Positions 49,233 to 59,302 are shown, counted from the stretch's first letter. The stretch is DNA of 64,000 nt from Candidatus Hydrogenedentota bacterium (GCA_963745075.1 CAVUWV010000014.1:128001-192000), one strand, 5' to 3'. The notes: generated by a model not told the origin, from the sequence alone. Program-made: numbers and translations.

Positions 49233-50438
49233 CTACGATCCGTTTGCGCCGCTGGGGATGATGGGGAGTCCGCCCGGCGGAACCCCGGGGATAGGCGTTC
49301 GCTCCTGGATCGGCACGAGGGGCGGTGCGGGTGCCGTTACCTCTTGCGTTTGATTGCCGAAGGTGTCGTCGTACCATTCCAGCCAGCGCTCGCGCTGCAA
49401 TCCGTGCGGCATACCGGTAATCACTTCCAAGGCTTCGATCGCGGGCTGTACGAATCCGGAACGCGCCCGTACCAGCCCGATGAGAAAGTGGACAGTCGAC
49501 ACGTCCCCCGCCAGGCCCAAATCGCGAATCACCTCGCGTTTCACCCGGCGATCCGGATCTCCGTTGGGCGATGCGGCGTCGGTCAATAATCCCAGGGCTT
49601 CCGGTCCTCCGATGCGGGCGATGGCATAGTACGCGGGAACTCGAACGTTCGGATCGGTATGCCGGACCATGTTTATCAGGGTCGGCAACGCACCCGGATC
49701 GTCGATCGCGGCAATCGCGTTCGCGGCGTACACCGACAACACGGGGTCATCCCCCCAAACCTTTTCCGCCAGAGGTTCCACGGCCCGCCGGCTGCCGATT
49801 CGGCCAAGACCGTAAGCGACCGCTACCCGTTCGTCGCGGGTGGTGTCCGGCGCGTCCAGCATTTGTAGCATTCCGGGCTCGAGCACCGACCGCAATGACG
49901 GCAGCACGTCATTGACCGCTGCAACGACCGGTGCTTGCCCCCAAGCCAGGACCGCCGTTACTGCATCTGTCACGGCCTTCGGATCCACGTGGTAGAGCGT
50001 TTCCAGTGCACGCTCCCGAACCTCCTCGTTCGGGTCCGCGAGACTGGCGATCGCGAATGGCACGAATTCCGCATTTCCAGAACCAGCCAGACCTTCCAAT
50101 GCGCGCATTCGAGATTGCGGATCGTCGGACAGCGCCATCGCTGCGAGGGGACTTTGCGCCATTTCCCGGGATAACGTCAATGGACGCCAGAGGAGCCGAT
50201 CGCGCCGACGCGCGGCCTGTGCCATGTCATCGTTGTCGGTGTTTTCGGACGGCGGCGCCTCGTTGACGTGCGGCGCAGCGGCGATCTCATCTCCCCACGC
50301 CGGGGCAATGACAAATGGAATCCATTTGATTCCCATGACACCCGCCAGCGAAAGCGCACAAGTGATAATAAGAAGTCGGACACTGAACACTTCTGTCTCC
50401 TCGCCAAAACCGTACTTCGTTGGAAGGATTCTCCTCAA
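49233..50438 (-). CDS. HEAT-repeat (PBS lyase-like) exported protein
   Basis: Repeats SLADPNEEVRERA, AYGLGRIG, DPNVRVPAY; hydrophobic N-terminus; start uncertain. Confidence 0.8.
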   Translation of the reverse strand: MRRILPTKYGFGEETEVFSVRLLIITCALSLAGVMGIKWIPFVIAPAWGDEIAAAPHVNEAPPSENTDNDDMAQAARRRDRLLWRPLTLSREMAQSPLAAMALSDDPQSRMRALEGLAGSGNAEFVPFAIASLADPNEEVRERALETLYHVDPKAVTDAVTAVLAWGQAPVVAAVNDVLPSLRSVLEPGMLQMLDAPDTTRDERVAVAYGLGRIGSRRAVEPLAEKVWGDDPVLSVYAANAIAAIDDPGALPTLINMVRHTDPNVRVPAYYAIARIGGPEALGLLTDAASPNGDPDRRVKREVIRDLGLAGDVSTVHFLIGLVRARSGFVQPAIEALEVITGMPHGLQRERWLEWYDDTFGNQTQEVTAPAPPLVPIQERTPIPGVPPGGLPIIPSGANGS

Positions 50439-50527
50439 ATACTCCGAGGCAAGTCAATGTCGTTTTCCATTTTTCCCGAGGGCCGGAATAAACCATATGG
50501 CGGGTATGTTGCTTTCAACGTCTACAA

Positions 50528-50642
50528 GGGGGAGTCCTTCCCCCAGGCTGCCCCTTGCAGGCGCAGTCAGAAATGACTGGTTCCCACCATCGGCGAGTGC
50601 GTCATGGCAGTTCCCCCGCTGCCCGCACTCGCCTCTTTTTTT
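50528..50642 (+). ncRNA. Candidate sRNA: three hairpins plus intrinsic terminator
   Basis: GGGGGA/TCCCCC, CTGC/GCAG, CAGTCA-GAAA-TGACTG, GGCGAGTGCG..CGCACTCGCC followed by TCTTTTTTT; no + strand gene upstream. Confidence 0.5.
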
Positions 50643-50727
50643 ATCTGCCGTGGGATTATTCCCGAAAATTCGCTTATTTCCATTTGGAGAGGTGTAAATT
50701 GCTGGAATATAATCGCTTAGGCAGGTA

Positions 50728-50756
50728 TTGACTTTCTAGTTTCAAATGATTATACT
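50728..50756 (+). promoter_or_regulatory. Sigma70 promoter
   Basis: TTGACT-17 bp-TATACT. Confidence 0.75.
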
Positions 50757-50935
50757 TACGCGACGAGCGGCTGATGCCCACTCGCATGAACACACCGTCT
50801 TATCGGGCACGATACCTCGCACCACCGGGGCATAATTTCTCGCCAAGCCGCCCATAACGGGGTCGGCACAGGTCCTGACAGTGGTGTCGATTGGTTAAAT
50901 GCAGTGGAAGGGCGTGCCCCTACTAGGAGATTGTA

Positions 50936-51913
50936 ATGGCTCTACGATTGTCTACCGCACTTGATGTGTTTTCGGGATCGCCGGACCGGTATTGTCCGCA
51001 AGGCTACCGGGATCCGCTGCGTATCCAAGAGCGCCTGTCGATTGCGTCTAAGATCAAGGGAATTAAGGCTGTAGAGATTGCGCAGAGCGACATCTCGCCG
51101 GAGTTTCCGGTCAAAGAGCTTAAGCGGTTGCTCAAAGATCAGTCCTTGGCCTGTTCCGGCGTGTCGGCCAATCTGGCCCAAGATCGCAGATATGCGCTGG
51201 GTGCCTTTGGTCACCAACACCCGAAAACCCGGAATGCTGCGATCGACGAAGGCCGGAAGGCCGTGGATATTGCTCGCCAGGTCGGAGCCACCGAAATCAC
51301 CCTCAAGCTGTTCAGCGACGGGTTCGACTACCCATTCCACATCGACTACACAACCCATTGGAATACACTGATTTCGTCGATCAAGACCATTGCGAAATAC
51401 GCTTCACCGGACATTAACGTCGCCATCGCATACAAGTGCCGCGAGCCGCGCAAATTCCTTACGGTTGCCACCGTTGGGAAAGCGCTCTCGCTTTGCCAGG
51501 AAATCGCGATGAAGAACGTTGGCGTGGCGCTGAACTTCTCCCATGCCATGATGGCCGGTGAGAATCCTGCCGAGTCCATTGCGTTCTTGACCCGATCCAA
51601 CAAGCTCTTTCAGGTGTATTTCAGCGATAATTATCGGCTGTGGGACGATATGATGCTACCCGGAAGCGTGCACACGTGGGAACTCATGGAGGCCCTGTTC
51701 TACCTCCGATCGAGCAAATTCAAGGGCTATTGCACCATCGACATGATGCCGCAGCGCATCGATCCCGCGCAGGCCTGTCAGATCGCCATCGGCAACTTGT
51801 CCATCTTTTGGAAGAAACTGGACAAACTGGACAATACGGAGCTTCGCAAAGCGCAAAAGACGCTCGACGCCGTCGAAAGCCAGAAGATTATCCGCCGCGT
51901 CATGCTTCAGTAA
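50936..51913 (+). CDS. Xylose-isomerase-like TIM barrel with degenerate active site
   Basis: DGFDYPF, YKCREPR, ENPAES, DNY..WDD, GSVH; AGGAG SD. Confidence 0.85.
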   Translation: MALRLSTALDVFSGSPDRYCPQGYRDPLRIQERLSIASKIKGIKAVEIAQSDISPEFPVKELKRLLKDQSLACSGVSANLAQDRRYALGAFGHQHPKTRNAAIDEGRKAVDIARQVGATEITLKLFSDGFDYPFHIDYTTHWNTLISSIKTIAKYASPDINVAIAYKCREPRKFLTVATVGKALSLCQEIAMKNVGVALNFSHAMMAGENPAESIAFLTRSNKLFQVYFSDNYRLWDDMMLPGSVHTWELMEALFYLRSSKFKGYCTIDMMPQRIDPAQACQIAIGNLSIFWKKLDKLDNTELRKAQKTLDAVESQKIIRRVMLQ

Positions 51914-52000
51914 TGATTTCTTTGCTCAACGAAACATCGTACGCACACCGGGATTGGCAGTTCGACGCTATCCCGGTGTTTTCTTTTCCGGAGAAGTCCG

Positions 52001-53656
52001 ATTCATCTTGTCGGTAACACGCACGGGCTCAAGGCGTCCCAACTAAAACGGTTGCAAAAGCTTGCGAATCGCAAGGTCCCTGCGACCCGGGTGGTAAGTC
52101 CCGAACTTGCCCGGGCGCTCACCGAATTGTCCTGCGAGATCCAACGGCAGGTGGGCGTGCTCATCGACCGGCGCGGTCACATCAGGATCGTGATGGTCGG
52201 GGATGCGCGGTCCGTGTTTATTCCCGACCTCAGTTCCTACCGGCGAGGTTTGGACCGATTGGTCGGGCTCCGTCTGGTCCATACCCATTTGAAGGAAGAG
52301 CTGTTAACCGAGGACGATCTGACCGACCTCGCGTTGCTGCGGTTGGACCTGGTGGCGGCGATTGGCGTGGGGAAAGACGGCCTGCCCGGTGTTATCCACA
52401 TCGCGCATCTCCTGCCGGCCAACGACGCCGAGGAGCCATGGGCCATCGACCAAGTCCGGAACGTCCATGCGCTCGGAGATGACTACCTGGAAACGATCGG
52501 GGCGCTGGAGGACGAATTCGCTCGCCTGCGAACGCCGCGCCGTGCAGGCGACAATCGTGACCGTGCAATTCTCTTACACGTTTCTACCCAATCGCACGCT
52601 GCCGCCGAGGACTCCATCGCCGAATTGCGTGACCTGGCACGCAGCGCAGGGATCAACGTCGTCCACGGTGCGATCCAACGGCGTCCTGTGGACCCAAAGT
52701 TTGTCATCGGCCGGGGTCGTTTGCAGTCGATTCTTATCAAAGCCATGCAACTCGGCGCGGAGGTGCTGGTCTTCGATCGGAATCTGACCCCAGCCCAGGT
52801 AAACAGCCTTGCCGCGGTTACCGATCTTAAAGTGCTCGACCGGACCCAGGTCATCCTCGATATCTTTGCGCAACGCGCGGTTACGCGGGAAGGTAAGATT
52901 CAGGTTGAACTCGCCCAATTGCGTTACCTCCTGCCGCGGCTGGGGGCCAAACAGACGGCCAGTGCGTTCTCGCGGTTGACGGGCGGAATCGGCGGCCGGG
53001 GCCCTGGTGAAACAAAACTCGAGATTGACCGGCGTCGCGCGCAGGACCGCATCGCCGCGTTGGAGCGGGAGGTCGACAAACTTCGCGACCGGCGTCGCTT
53101 GCGGCGGTCGGCCCGAACGCAGAAGGCCGTACCGGCGATTTCTATCGTAGGATACACGAACGCCGGCAAGTCCACGTTACTCAACCAACTGACCAACAGT
53201 GACGTGGGGGCCGAAGACCAACTCTTCGCAACACTGAATCCCGTTTCAAGGCGGCTCCGGTTCCCGGAGGATCGCGAAGTCATCATCACGGACACGGTGG
53301 GATTCATTCGGCAGCTTCCCAAGGAGCTTATGGCCGCATTTCGCACCACCATGGAAGAACTCGACGACGCGGACTTGCTGTTGCATGTCGTGGATGCGTC
53401 CAGCCCTCACATCGATGAGGAGCGCATCGCAGTCGATGGAATTCTTTCAGAACTTCACCTGGACCGGAAACCGCGCCTGCTTGTCTTGAACAAGACGGAT
53501 CGGTGCGACGCGAACGAAATCGCGGGTCTCTGCGCGCGGTTTGACGCAATCCCGGTCTGTGCGCTGGACCGCAAAACGTTCGGGCCGCTCACGCAGGCTA
53601 TCGAGGATCATCTCTGGGCCAGCGCGTCGTGTCGGTCCGGCCGTGTGGAATCGTAG
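52001..53656 (+). CDS. hflX: GTPase HflX (long form), probable ATT start
   Basis: ILDIFAQRA..EGKIQVELAQ, RGPGETKLE, VGYTNAGKST, DTVGF, NKTD. Confidence 0.93.
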   Translation: MHLVGNTHGLKASQLKRLQKLANRKVPATRVVSPELARALTELSCEIQRQVGVLIDRRGHIRIVMVGDARSVFIPDLSSYRRGLDRLVGLRLVHTHLKEELLTEDDLTDLALLRLDLVAAIGVGKDGLPGVIHIAHLLPANDAEEPWAIDQVRNVHALGDDYLETIGALEDEFARLRTPRRAGDNRDRAILLHVSTQSHAAAEDSIAELRDLARSAGINVVHGAIQRRPVDPKFVIGRGRLQSILIKAMQLGAEVLVFDRNLTPAQVNSLAAVTDLKVLDRTQVILDIFAQRAVTREGKIQVELAQLRYLLPRLGAKQTASAFSRLTGGIGGRGPGETKLEIDRRRAQDRIAALEREVDKLRDRRRLRRSARTQKAVPAISIVGYTNAGKSTLLNQLTNSDVGAEDQLFATLNPVSRRLRFPEDREVIITDTVGFIRQLPKELMAAFRTTMEELDDADLLLHVVDASSPHIDEERIAVDGILSELHLDRKPRLLVLNKTDRCDANEIAGLCARFDAIPVCALDRKTFGPLTQAIEDHLWASASCRSGRVES

Positions 53657-53681
53657 CCGGGAGATCGGTACCATACGTTTC

Positions 53682-54758
53682 GTGTTTGCCAATCCGAAAT
53701 ATCGATTGCTTGCCAGTTGTGTCCACGGTGTCCGGAGGCCGAGCGTCGTGCCTGCCGCGATACTCCTGGCATGCCTGGTGGGTGCGGTACCGTCAATGGG
53801 TGACGCAGCCGTCGTCACGAAAGCCCAGAAGCTGATGGATCAGGCGCATCAGGAAAACGCCGCTGCCATGCAGGCGACCAACCAAGCCGAGTATCAGAAA
53901 CACATGACAAATGCGGCCGACTTTGCCGTGCAGGCGCGAATGGTATTCGAATCCGCAGATGCCGCCGATTCCGACGACACGCAGGTCTTGATGACGTATG
54001 GCGATTTCCTCAAAGAGCAGGGAGACTATGACCTCGCGGAGAAGACGCTTCTGCGGGCCGTGTCCATCAAGCCGAACGAACCCGACCTCTGGTTTGCGTT
54101 GGGAGAGGCTCAAGGTTTGCTCGGTCCGGAACGCCAAAACCGGGCGGTTCGATCTTTGCGGAAAGCCTTGTCGCTCGACCCCGGCACCGAACTCGACGCC
54201 AAGATCCACGCCGCTCTTGGCGCACAATTCATGCAGGAAGGGCTCTTCGCGTTCGCCCGCAAGAGCCTGGATGCCGCGCTCAAAGACGATCCAAACCACG
54301 TCGGTGCACGAATCGCTCTGGCGTCGCTGGATGTTCGGGATGGTGAGATTAGCAAGGCCTCGGACAGCCTCGATGCCCTCGGAAACGTGAGTCCTCAATC
54401 CGCGGCGCTCATGCAGCGCACCATGGACACCGCGCTCGTCGACTTTGAAGCATCCGGGCGCTGGATGCCCGACACGGCCGAAAACCACCTCGCCTATGCC
54501 AAGCTTTTGGTACGCGCGGGCCGTTTGGCGGATAGTGTCTGGCCGTTGGAACGCGCGGTGCAACTCGACCCGAAGAATTACGTCACCTGGAACCTTCTGG
54601 GGTCGGTGTACCGGGGTATCGACAAGCCGAACAAGGCGCGAGAGGCATTCTCGAAATCGCTCGAAGTCAATCCCGATCAGCCGAGAACGAAGGCGGTTCT
54701 CGATGAGCTGGCCCAGGAATCGTCGAGCCATGCGCCCGAGTCGCCGTCGACGCCATAG
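53682..54758 (+). CDS. Exported TPR protein
   Basis: Signal peptide; TPR repeats ending IKPN, LDPG, LDPKN, VNPDQ; start uncertain. Confidence 0.85.
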   Translation: MFANPKYRLLASCVHGVRRPSVVPAAILLACLVGAVPSMGDAAVVTKAQKLMDQAHQENAAAMQATNQAEYQKHMTNAADFAVQARMVFESADAADSDDTQVLMTYGDFLKEQGDYDLAEKTLLRAVSIKPNEPDLWFALGEAQGLLGPERQNRAVRSLRKALSLDPGTELDAKIHAALGAQFMQEGLFAFARKSLDAALKDDPNHVGARIALASLDVRDGEISKASDSLDALGNVSPQSAALMQRTMDTALVDFEASGRWMPDTAENHLAYAKLLVRAGRLADSVWPLERAVQLDPKNYVTWNLLGSVYRGIDKPNKAREAFSKSLEVNPDQPRTKAVLDELAQESSSHAPESPSTP

Positions 54759-54890
54759 ACCGGGAATGGAAGTTTTTTTGGGGGAATTCATTGCGAGTGG
54801 TCGCATCAGTTCAAGGACCACGCGCGAGGCGATGGGGTACGATCGGCACAATCTCCCGGAAATGAGTCGCTTATAAATTCGATATTATAC

Positions 54891-54919
54891 TTGACTTACT
54901 GAATCTGTTTTGTAATAAT
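54891..54919 (+). promoter_or_regulatory. Putative sigma70 promoter for SLC13 gene
   Basis: TTGACT-17 bp-AATAAT in AT-rich intergenic DNA. Confidence 0.55.
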
Positions 54920-54979
54920 TCGGCGCGTTCGTGCGACACGTAAAATCTCAGATACCCCCAAGCGCAAAGGCCCAGCGCA

Positions 54980-56797
54980 ATGCTTGACGCCATACAAAGT
55001 TCATGGCAAGCATGGTTTACATTCGCCGTGCTTCTCTCCGTTCTGGTCGGCCTTATCAAGAACTACGCACCGGACGCGGTTCTTATGGGCGGAACCGTGA
55101 CGCTCACGGTGGTCGGTATCATCAGTCCCGGCGAGGCGTTCGTCGGCTTCTCCAATGAGGGAATGCTTACCGTTGCGGCGCTTTTCGTGGTGGCTGCGGC
55201 GCTTCGGGAGACGGGTGCGCTTGATTCGATTGGGGGGTTGGTTTTGGGGAATGCCCGATCTGAACGCGGGGTCATGCTGCGGTTGGCAGGAAGCGTGACA
55301 GGTATGTCGGCTTTTCTTAACAATACGCCCATCGTTGCCATGTTTATCCCCATTATTACACGCTGGTGTTCCAAAAACGGGATATCGCCATCCCGGCTTC
55401 TGCTTCCATTGTCTTACCTTACGATCCTCGGCGGTACCTGTACGCTTATCGGAACCAGCACCAACCTCGTGGTCAACGGGCTGTTGAAGCAGTATATGGA
55501 CGCCGATCCATTACATAGCATGAACCTCTCTCCGATTGGTCTGTTCGAGTTGAGCTGGGTCGGCATTCCATATGCTATCATCGGCGCGGCGTACCTGCTG
55601 TTCATCGGATACCGGCTCATCCCGGATCGAAAAGACTTCATTGCAAAGATGCGCCAAACGGCTCGCGAATACCTTGTGGACCTCCGAATGGAGCCGGGCT
55701 GCCCTCTTGTCGGAAAAAATGTCGAGCAAGCCGGGCTACGCCGCTTGCGGGGTCTTTTCCTGATCGAAATCCTGCGCAACGACGAGGTTATATCGCCGGT
55801 GCGTCCCGACCACGTGTTGGTGGAAGGGGACCTGCTGACCTTCACCGGCGAAGTCAGCACCATCGTCGATCTGGAACGGATCCAAGGGCTCGTCCCCGTC
55901 GCGGATGAGGGGTACGAGGCCCACGCGCTGAAACGCCGGGGCCGGATGTTGTGCGAGGCGGTCGTATCCAAAACGTCGCCGGTGGTGGGGAAGACCATCC
56001 GCGACTCGGACTTCCGCGCGCGCTACAACGCCGCCGTCGTGGCGGTGCATCGTGGGGGTGAGCGGTTGCACGGGCGCGTAGGCGACATCGTGCTGCGCGC
56101 CGGCGACACCCTGTTGCTCCAGGCCGGTCCCCATTTCCTCGATGCCCATCGCAACGATCCGGAATTCTATCTCGTGAGCGGGATCGAGGGTTCGCGGCCG
56201 GTGCGCCACGACAAGGCCGGACTGTCGATTGGACTGTTGATTGTTTTGATCGTGCTGATGGCGACCGGACTGACGAGCATCGTCACGGCTGCCTTCGTGA
56301 CCGCCGGCCTGATGGTCCTCACGCGATGCATTTCCATGGGCGCCGCGCGCCAGAGCTTGGATTGGCAGACCCTGGTCACCATTGGCGCGTCCTTCGGGTT
56401 AGGGAAGGCCTTGGAGAATTCGGGGTTGGTCACGACTGTGGCGGGTGTCATTGTGAACGACATCGGGGCGTGGGGCCCGTATGCGCTGCTGGCCGCCATC
56501 TACCTGATGACCAGCGTCACCACCGAAGCGGTCACCAACAACGCGGCGGCGATCCTGATGTTTCCGTTTGCTGTGGCGATCGCGAATCAATACGGCGTGA
56601 ATCCGCGCCCCTTCGTATTCGCGGTGATGTTCGCCGCGTCGGCCAGCTTCATGACCCCCATCGGCTATCAGACCAATCTCATGGTCTATGGTCCCGGCGG
56701 TTACCGGTTTACCGACTTTCTTCGCGTTGGCATGCCGCTGAATTTCATCCTCTGGACCTCGGCGGTGATCCTGATTCCCCTGGTATGGCCATTCTGA
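54980..56797 (+). CDS. SLC13/DASS permease with two TrkA-C domains
   Basis: FLNNTPIV, TLIGTSTN, TNNAAA, TPIGYQTN. Confidence 0.94.
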   Translation: MLDAIQSSWQAWFTFAVLLSVLVGLIKNYAPDAVLMGGTVTLTVVGIISPGEAFVGFSNEGMLTVAALFVVAAALRETGALDSIGGLVLGNARSERGVMLRLAGSVTGMSAFLNNTPIVAMFIPIITRWCSKNGISPSRLLLPLSYLTILGGTCTLIGTSTNLVVNGLLKQYMDADPLHSMNLSPIGLFELSWVGIPYAIIGAAYLLFIGYRLIPDRKDFIAKMRQTAREYLVDLRMEPGCPLVGKNVEQAGLRRLRGLFLIEILRNDEVISPVRPDHVLVEGDLLTFTGEVSTIVDLERIQGLVPVADEGYEAHALKRRGRMLCEAVVSKTSPVVGKTIRDSDFRARYNAAVVAVHRGGERLHGRVGDIVLRAGDTLLLQAGPHFLDAHRNDPEFYLVSGIEGSRPVRHDKAGLSIGLLIVLIVLMATGLTSIVTAAFVTAGLMVLTRCISMGAARQSLDWQTLVTIGASFGLGKALENSGLVTTVAGVIVNDIGAWGPYALLAAIYLMTSVTTEAVTNNAAAILMFPFAVAIANQYGVNPRPFVFAVMFAASASFMTPIGYQTNLMVYGPGGYRFTDFLRVGMPLNFILWTSAVILIPLVWPF

Positions 56798-56800
56798 GAA

Positions 56801-58396
56801 CTACCTGATACGATTGGAACCCTGCCACAAGACGGAATGGTCAACGTTGGGCGCGAAACGAAAAGGGCCGGACGCTGCGGACAGATCGTTCCCGGTTACG
56901 CTGATTCGTTCACATCCCTCGAAGAGTTGCAGAAACGCTGGACAATCCCGGGGGGCGATGCTTCCGCGAATGAGGCTGCTCCGCGTATAACGCAGCGCCA
57001 GAACGGGGGAGCCATCCGGCTCGCACATGCCCTGGAATCCGTCGAGCAGCAAGTCCTTGGCGTCGTCGCAGACCAGCGCGGGCCGTCGATCGGGCTTCGC
57101 GTACGCGACTGCGACATTCCGAACCGTGAACCCGTTTACGTGCCGCAAATAGAACCCGTACGCGGGCAACACGCCGAACATGGTGCCTTCGGGGTATTGA
57201 TCGGCATTCTCCGGCACGGCCCACATGTCGCCGTCATACGCGCCGTCGCCGGCATAGGTGACCCGCATATCGCTGATGGAGACATTTTCGATGGGATGAT
57301 CGGGCAGGCCCGCCACGAAACAGCCCGTGTTTTCCACGTTGCGCGCGACCACATTGCTGATGGCGATATCGCGCACGATGCCGATACCCGGCTTTTCCAT
57401 ATCCTCCTTGAACGGGCGCGCGCGATTTCCCAAGCGGATGAAGAGCGCAGACACCACGCCTTCCATCGCGATGTTCGAAATGGCGATCCGCTCCATGGTT
57501 CCGCCGTCGACGATCATCAACGCGATTCCGGACAGCGACCGGTTGCCGAAGTAACCATTTTCCGGCCGGCTTACCGTGCAGTTGGTGACCGTAACGTTCT
57601 TGAATCCGCCGTTGGACTCCGTTCCCATCTTGATGGCGTTGCAATTGCTGCTGACGGTGCAATTCGCGATCGTTACGTTTTCGCAGGGGGTGTCCGCCGT
57701 GCTCTTCAATGTTATCGCGTCGTCGGCGGTCGTGCCGAAGCAATTGCTGATGCGAACGTTCCGGCAGCAGTCGATGTCGATCATGTCGTTGTTGCGGTTG
57801 ACGTGGTTGTAGACCGTCAATCCGTCCAGCACGAGGTCGTCACAGTTGAGGTACTGCTGCATCCACATCGGCGAATTACGCAATGTTACGTTTTTGATGC
57901 GCACCTTGTGGCAACTGACAAACCGGATGATGTACGGCCTGGTCCGATAGCCGTGGTCCGGTCCGTCCGAGGGGAACGCGGCGCCCTGGCCGTCGATCGT
58001 GCCGCGACCGGTGATCGCGATGTCCGTCGCGTCTTCCGCCGCGAGCAGACTGCGGCATACGTAGGTGTCCGTGTACGACCGGAACGCGGGTTGGTTGCAC
58101 GGGAAGTCGTCGAGGTCGGTACTGCCCAGCAGCGTCGCGCCGATTTCCACCTCCAGCGTTACGTGGTCTTTCATCACGAGCGTGCCGCAGAGGTATTTCC
58201 CCGGGGGCAAATACGCGACACCACCGCCGTTGTCATGCGCCGCGTCGATGGCGGCTTGTACGGCCTTGGTATCTTTCGTCGTGCCGTCGCCGATTGCGCC
58301 GAAGTCCCGGGCGTTAAATAGGGCGGGCGTCGCACCGGCCCCAATGGTTAATGTCAGCCCCATAAGCAGGAGAATAGTTGTCTTGCGTAAGGTCAT
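56801..58396 (-). CDS. GH28 glycoside hydrolase
   Basis: FGAIGDG, NNDMID, ADDAITLKS, KMGTES. Confidence 0.92.
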   Translation of the reverse strand: MTLRKTTILLLMGLTLTIGAGATPALFNARDFGAIGDGTTKDTKAVQAAIDAAHDNGGGVAYLPPGKYLCGTLVMKDHVTLEVEIGATLLGSTDLDDFPCNQPAFRSYTDTYVCRSLLAAEDATDIAITGRGTIDGQGAAFPSDGPDHGYRTRPYIIRFVSCHKVRIKNVTLRNSPMWMQQYLNCDDLVLDGLTVYNHVNRNNDMIDIDCCRNVRISNCFGTTADDAITLKSTADTPCENVTIANCTVSSNCNAIKMGTESNGGFKNVTVTNCTVSRPENGYFGNRSLSGIALMIVDGGTMERIAISNIAMEGVVSALFIRLGNRARPFKEDMEKPGIGIVRDIAISNVVARNVENTGCFVAGLPDHPIENVSISDMRVTYAGDGAYDGDMWAVPENADQYPEGTMFGVLPAYGFYLRHVNGFTVRNVAVAYAKPDRRPALVCDDAKDLLLDGFQGMCEPDGSPVLALRYTRSSLIRGSIAPRDCPAFLQLFEGCERISVTGNDLSAASGPFRFAPNVDHSVLWQGSNRIR

Positions 58397-58441
58397 GATT
58401 GGCTCCCCCGAACGCTAAATGTTTGTTGGTAAATCTATAGA

Positions 58442-59119
58442 TTACCGTCCGTCGTTGTGTTCGGACCATGATACGAAATAGTTTCGGAACGCGCGCTCGA
58501 AATCGTCCATCACCGTATCCATGGGTGGGGCGGTTCCCAGAAGTTGGCGCAACGAGGTAACCGGTTTGTCGGCGATGCCGCACGGCACGATTAGTCCAAA
58601 GTGCTCCATGTTCGGGTCCACGTTCAGCGCGATTCCGTGATACGTGACCCAGTTGTGAATTCCGATACCGATGGCCGCGACCTTTGCGCCACCGACCCAG
58701 ACGCCGGTGAACCCTTCGACGCGTTGCCCCTGCAGCCCGTATCCGGCGAGTTGATCGATCAGTACTTGCTCCAGCGAGCGCAGGTACCAGCGGATGGACA
58801 ATTTCCATTCGCTCAGATTCAATATGGGGTACGCGACCAACTGTCCCGGTCCGTGGTATGTCACATCGCCGCCCCGGTCCGCTTGGGCCGCCGCAATGCC
58901 CCGCTCCGCCAGCGCGTCCTCACTCAGGAGCAAATTCTGTGTCTGAAAGTTACGGCCAAGCGTGAAGACCGGCTCATGTTCCAGCAAGAACAGCGCGTTT
59001 CCGGCCGTTCCCGCTTCGACCGCCAATCGCCGTTCCCGTTGTATGGCGAGGCCGTCTTCATACGTCGTGAAACCCGGAAGACGAATTGTTTCGATGGTTC
59101 GTTGTGAGATTTCCTGCAT
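58442..59119 (-). CDS. lipB: Lipoyl(octanoyl) transferase
   Basis: LLEHEPVFTLG, DRGGDVTYHGPGQ, KVAAIG, IVPCGI. Confidence 0.96.
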   Translation of the reverse strand: MQEISQRTIETIRLPGFTTYEDGLAIQRERRLAVEAGTAGNALFLLEHEPVFTLGRNFQTQNLLLSEDALAERGIAAAQADRGGDVTYHGPGQLVAYPILNLSEWKLSIRWYLRSLEQVLIDQLAGYGLQGQRVEGFTGVWVGGAKVAAIGIGIHNWVTYHGIALNVDPNMEHFGLIVPCGIADKPVTSLRQLLGTAPPMDTVMDDFERAFRNYFVSWSEHNDGR

Positions 59120-59302
59120 GCCTCGAGTATACCAAAGGGCCGTTCCCCGGGGCGTGTCACAGCAACCATCGTGCCGAAAAAACCCTTCTACCCTTCCAAG
59201 ACGTGGTCCGGTTCCGTTAAGATCGGGAAATATCTTCTGACACAATGGTACCAGTAGCAACCGGGTAAAGCGGCGGCCCGGAAGGGATATTTTTTACTCA
59301 CG

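Noticed and set aside
50815..50870. ZMP/ZTP riboswitch (ACCACCGGGG, GCCGCCC)
   Set aside because: Upstream GACUGGCG and the 3' pseudoknot hairpin are absent; downstream gene unrelated
56837..58321. 494-aa + strand ORF, and similar ORFs at 17973-19397, 1785-2804, 53793-54851
   Set aside because: Antisense shadows of well-supported genes
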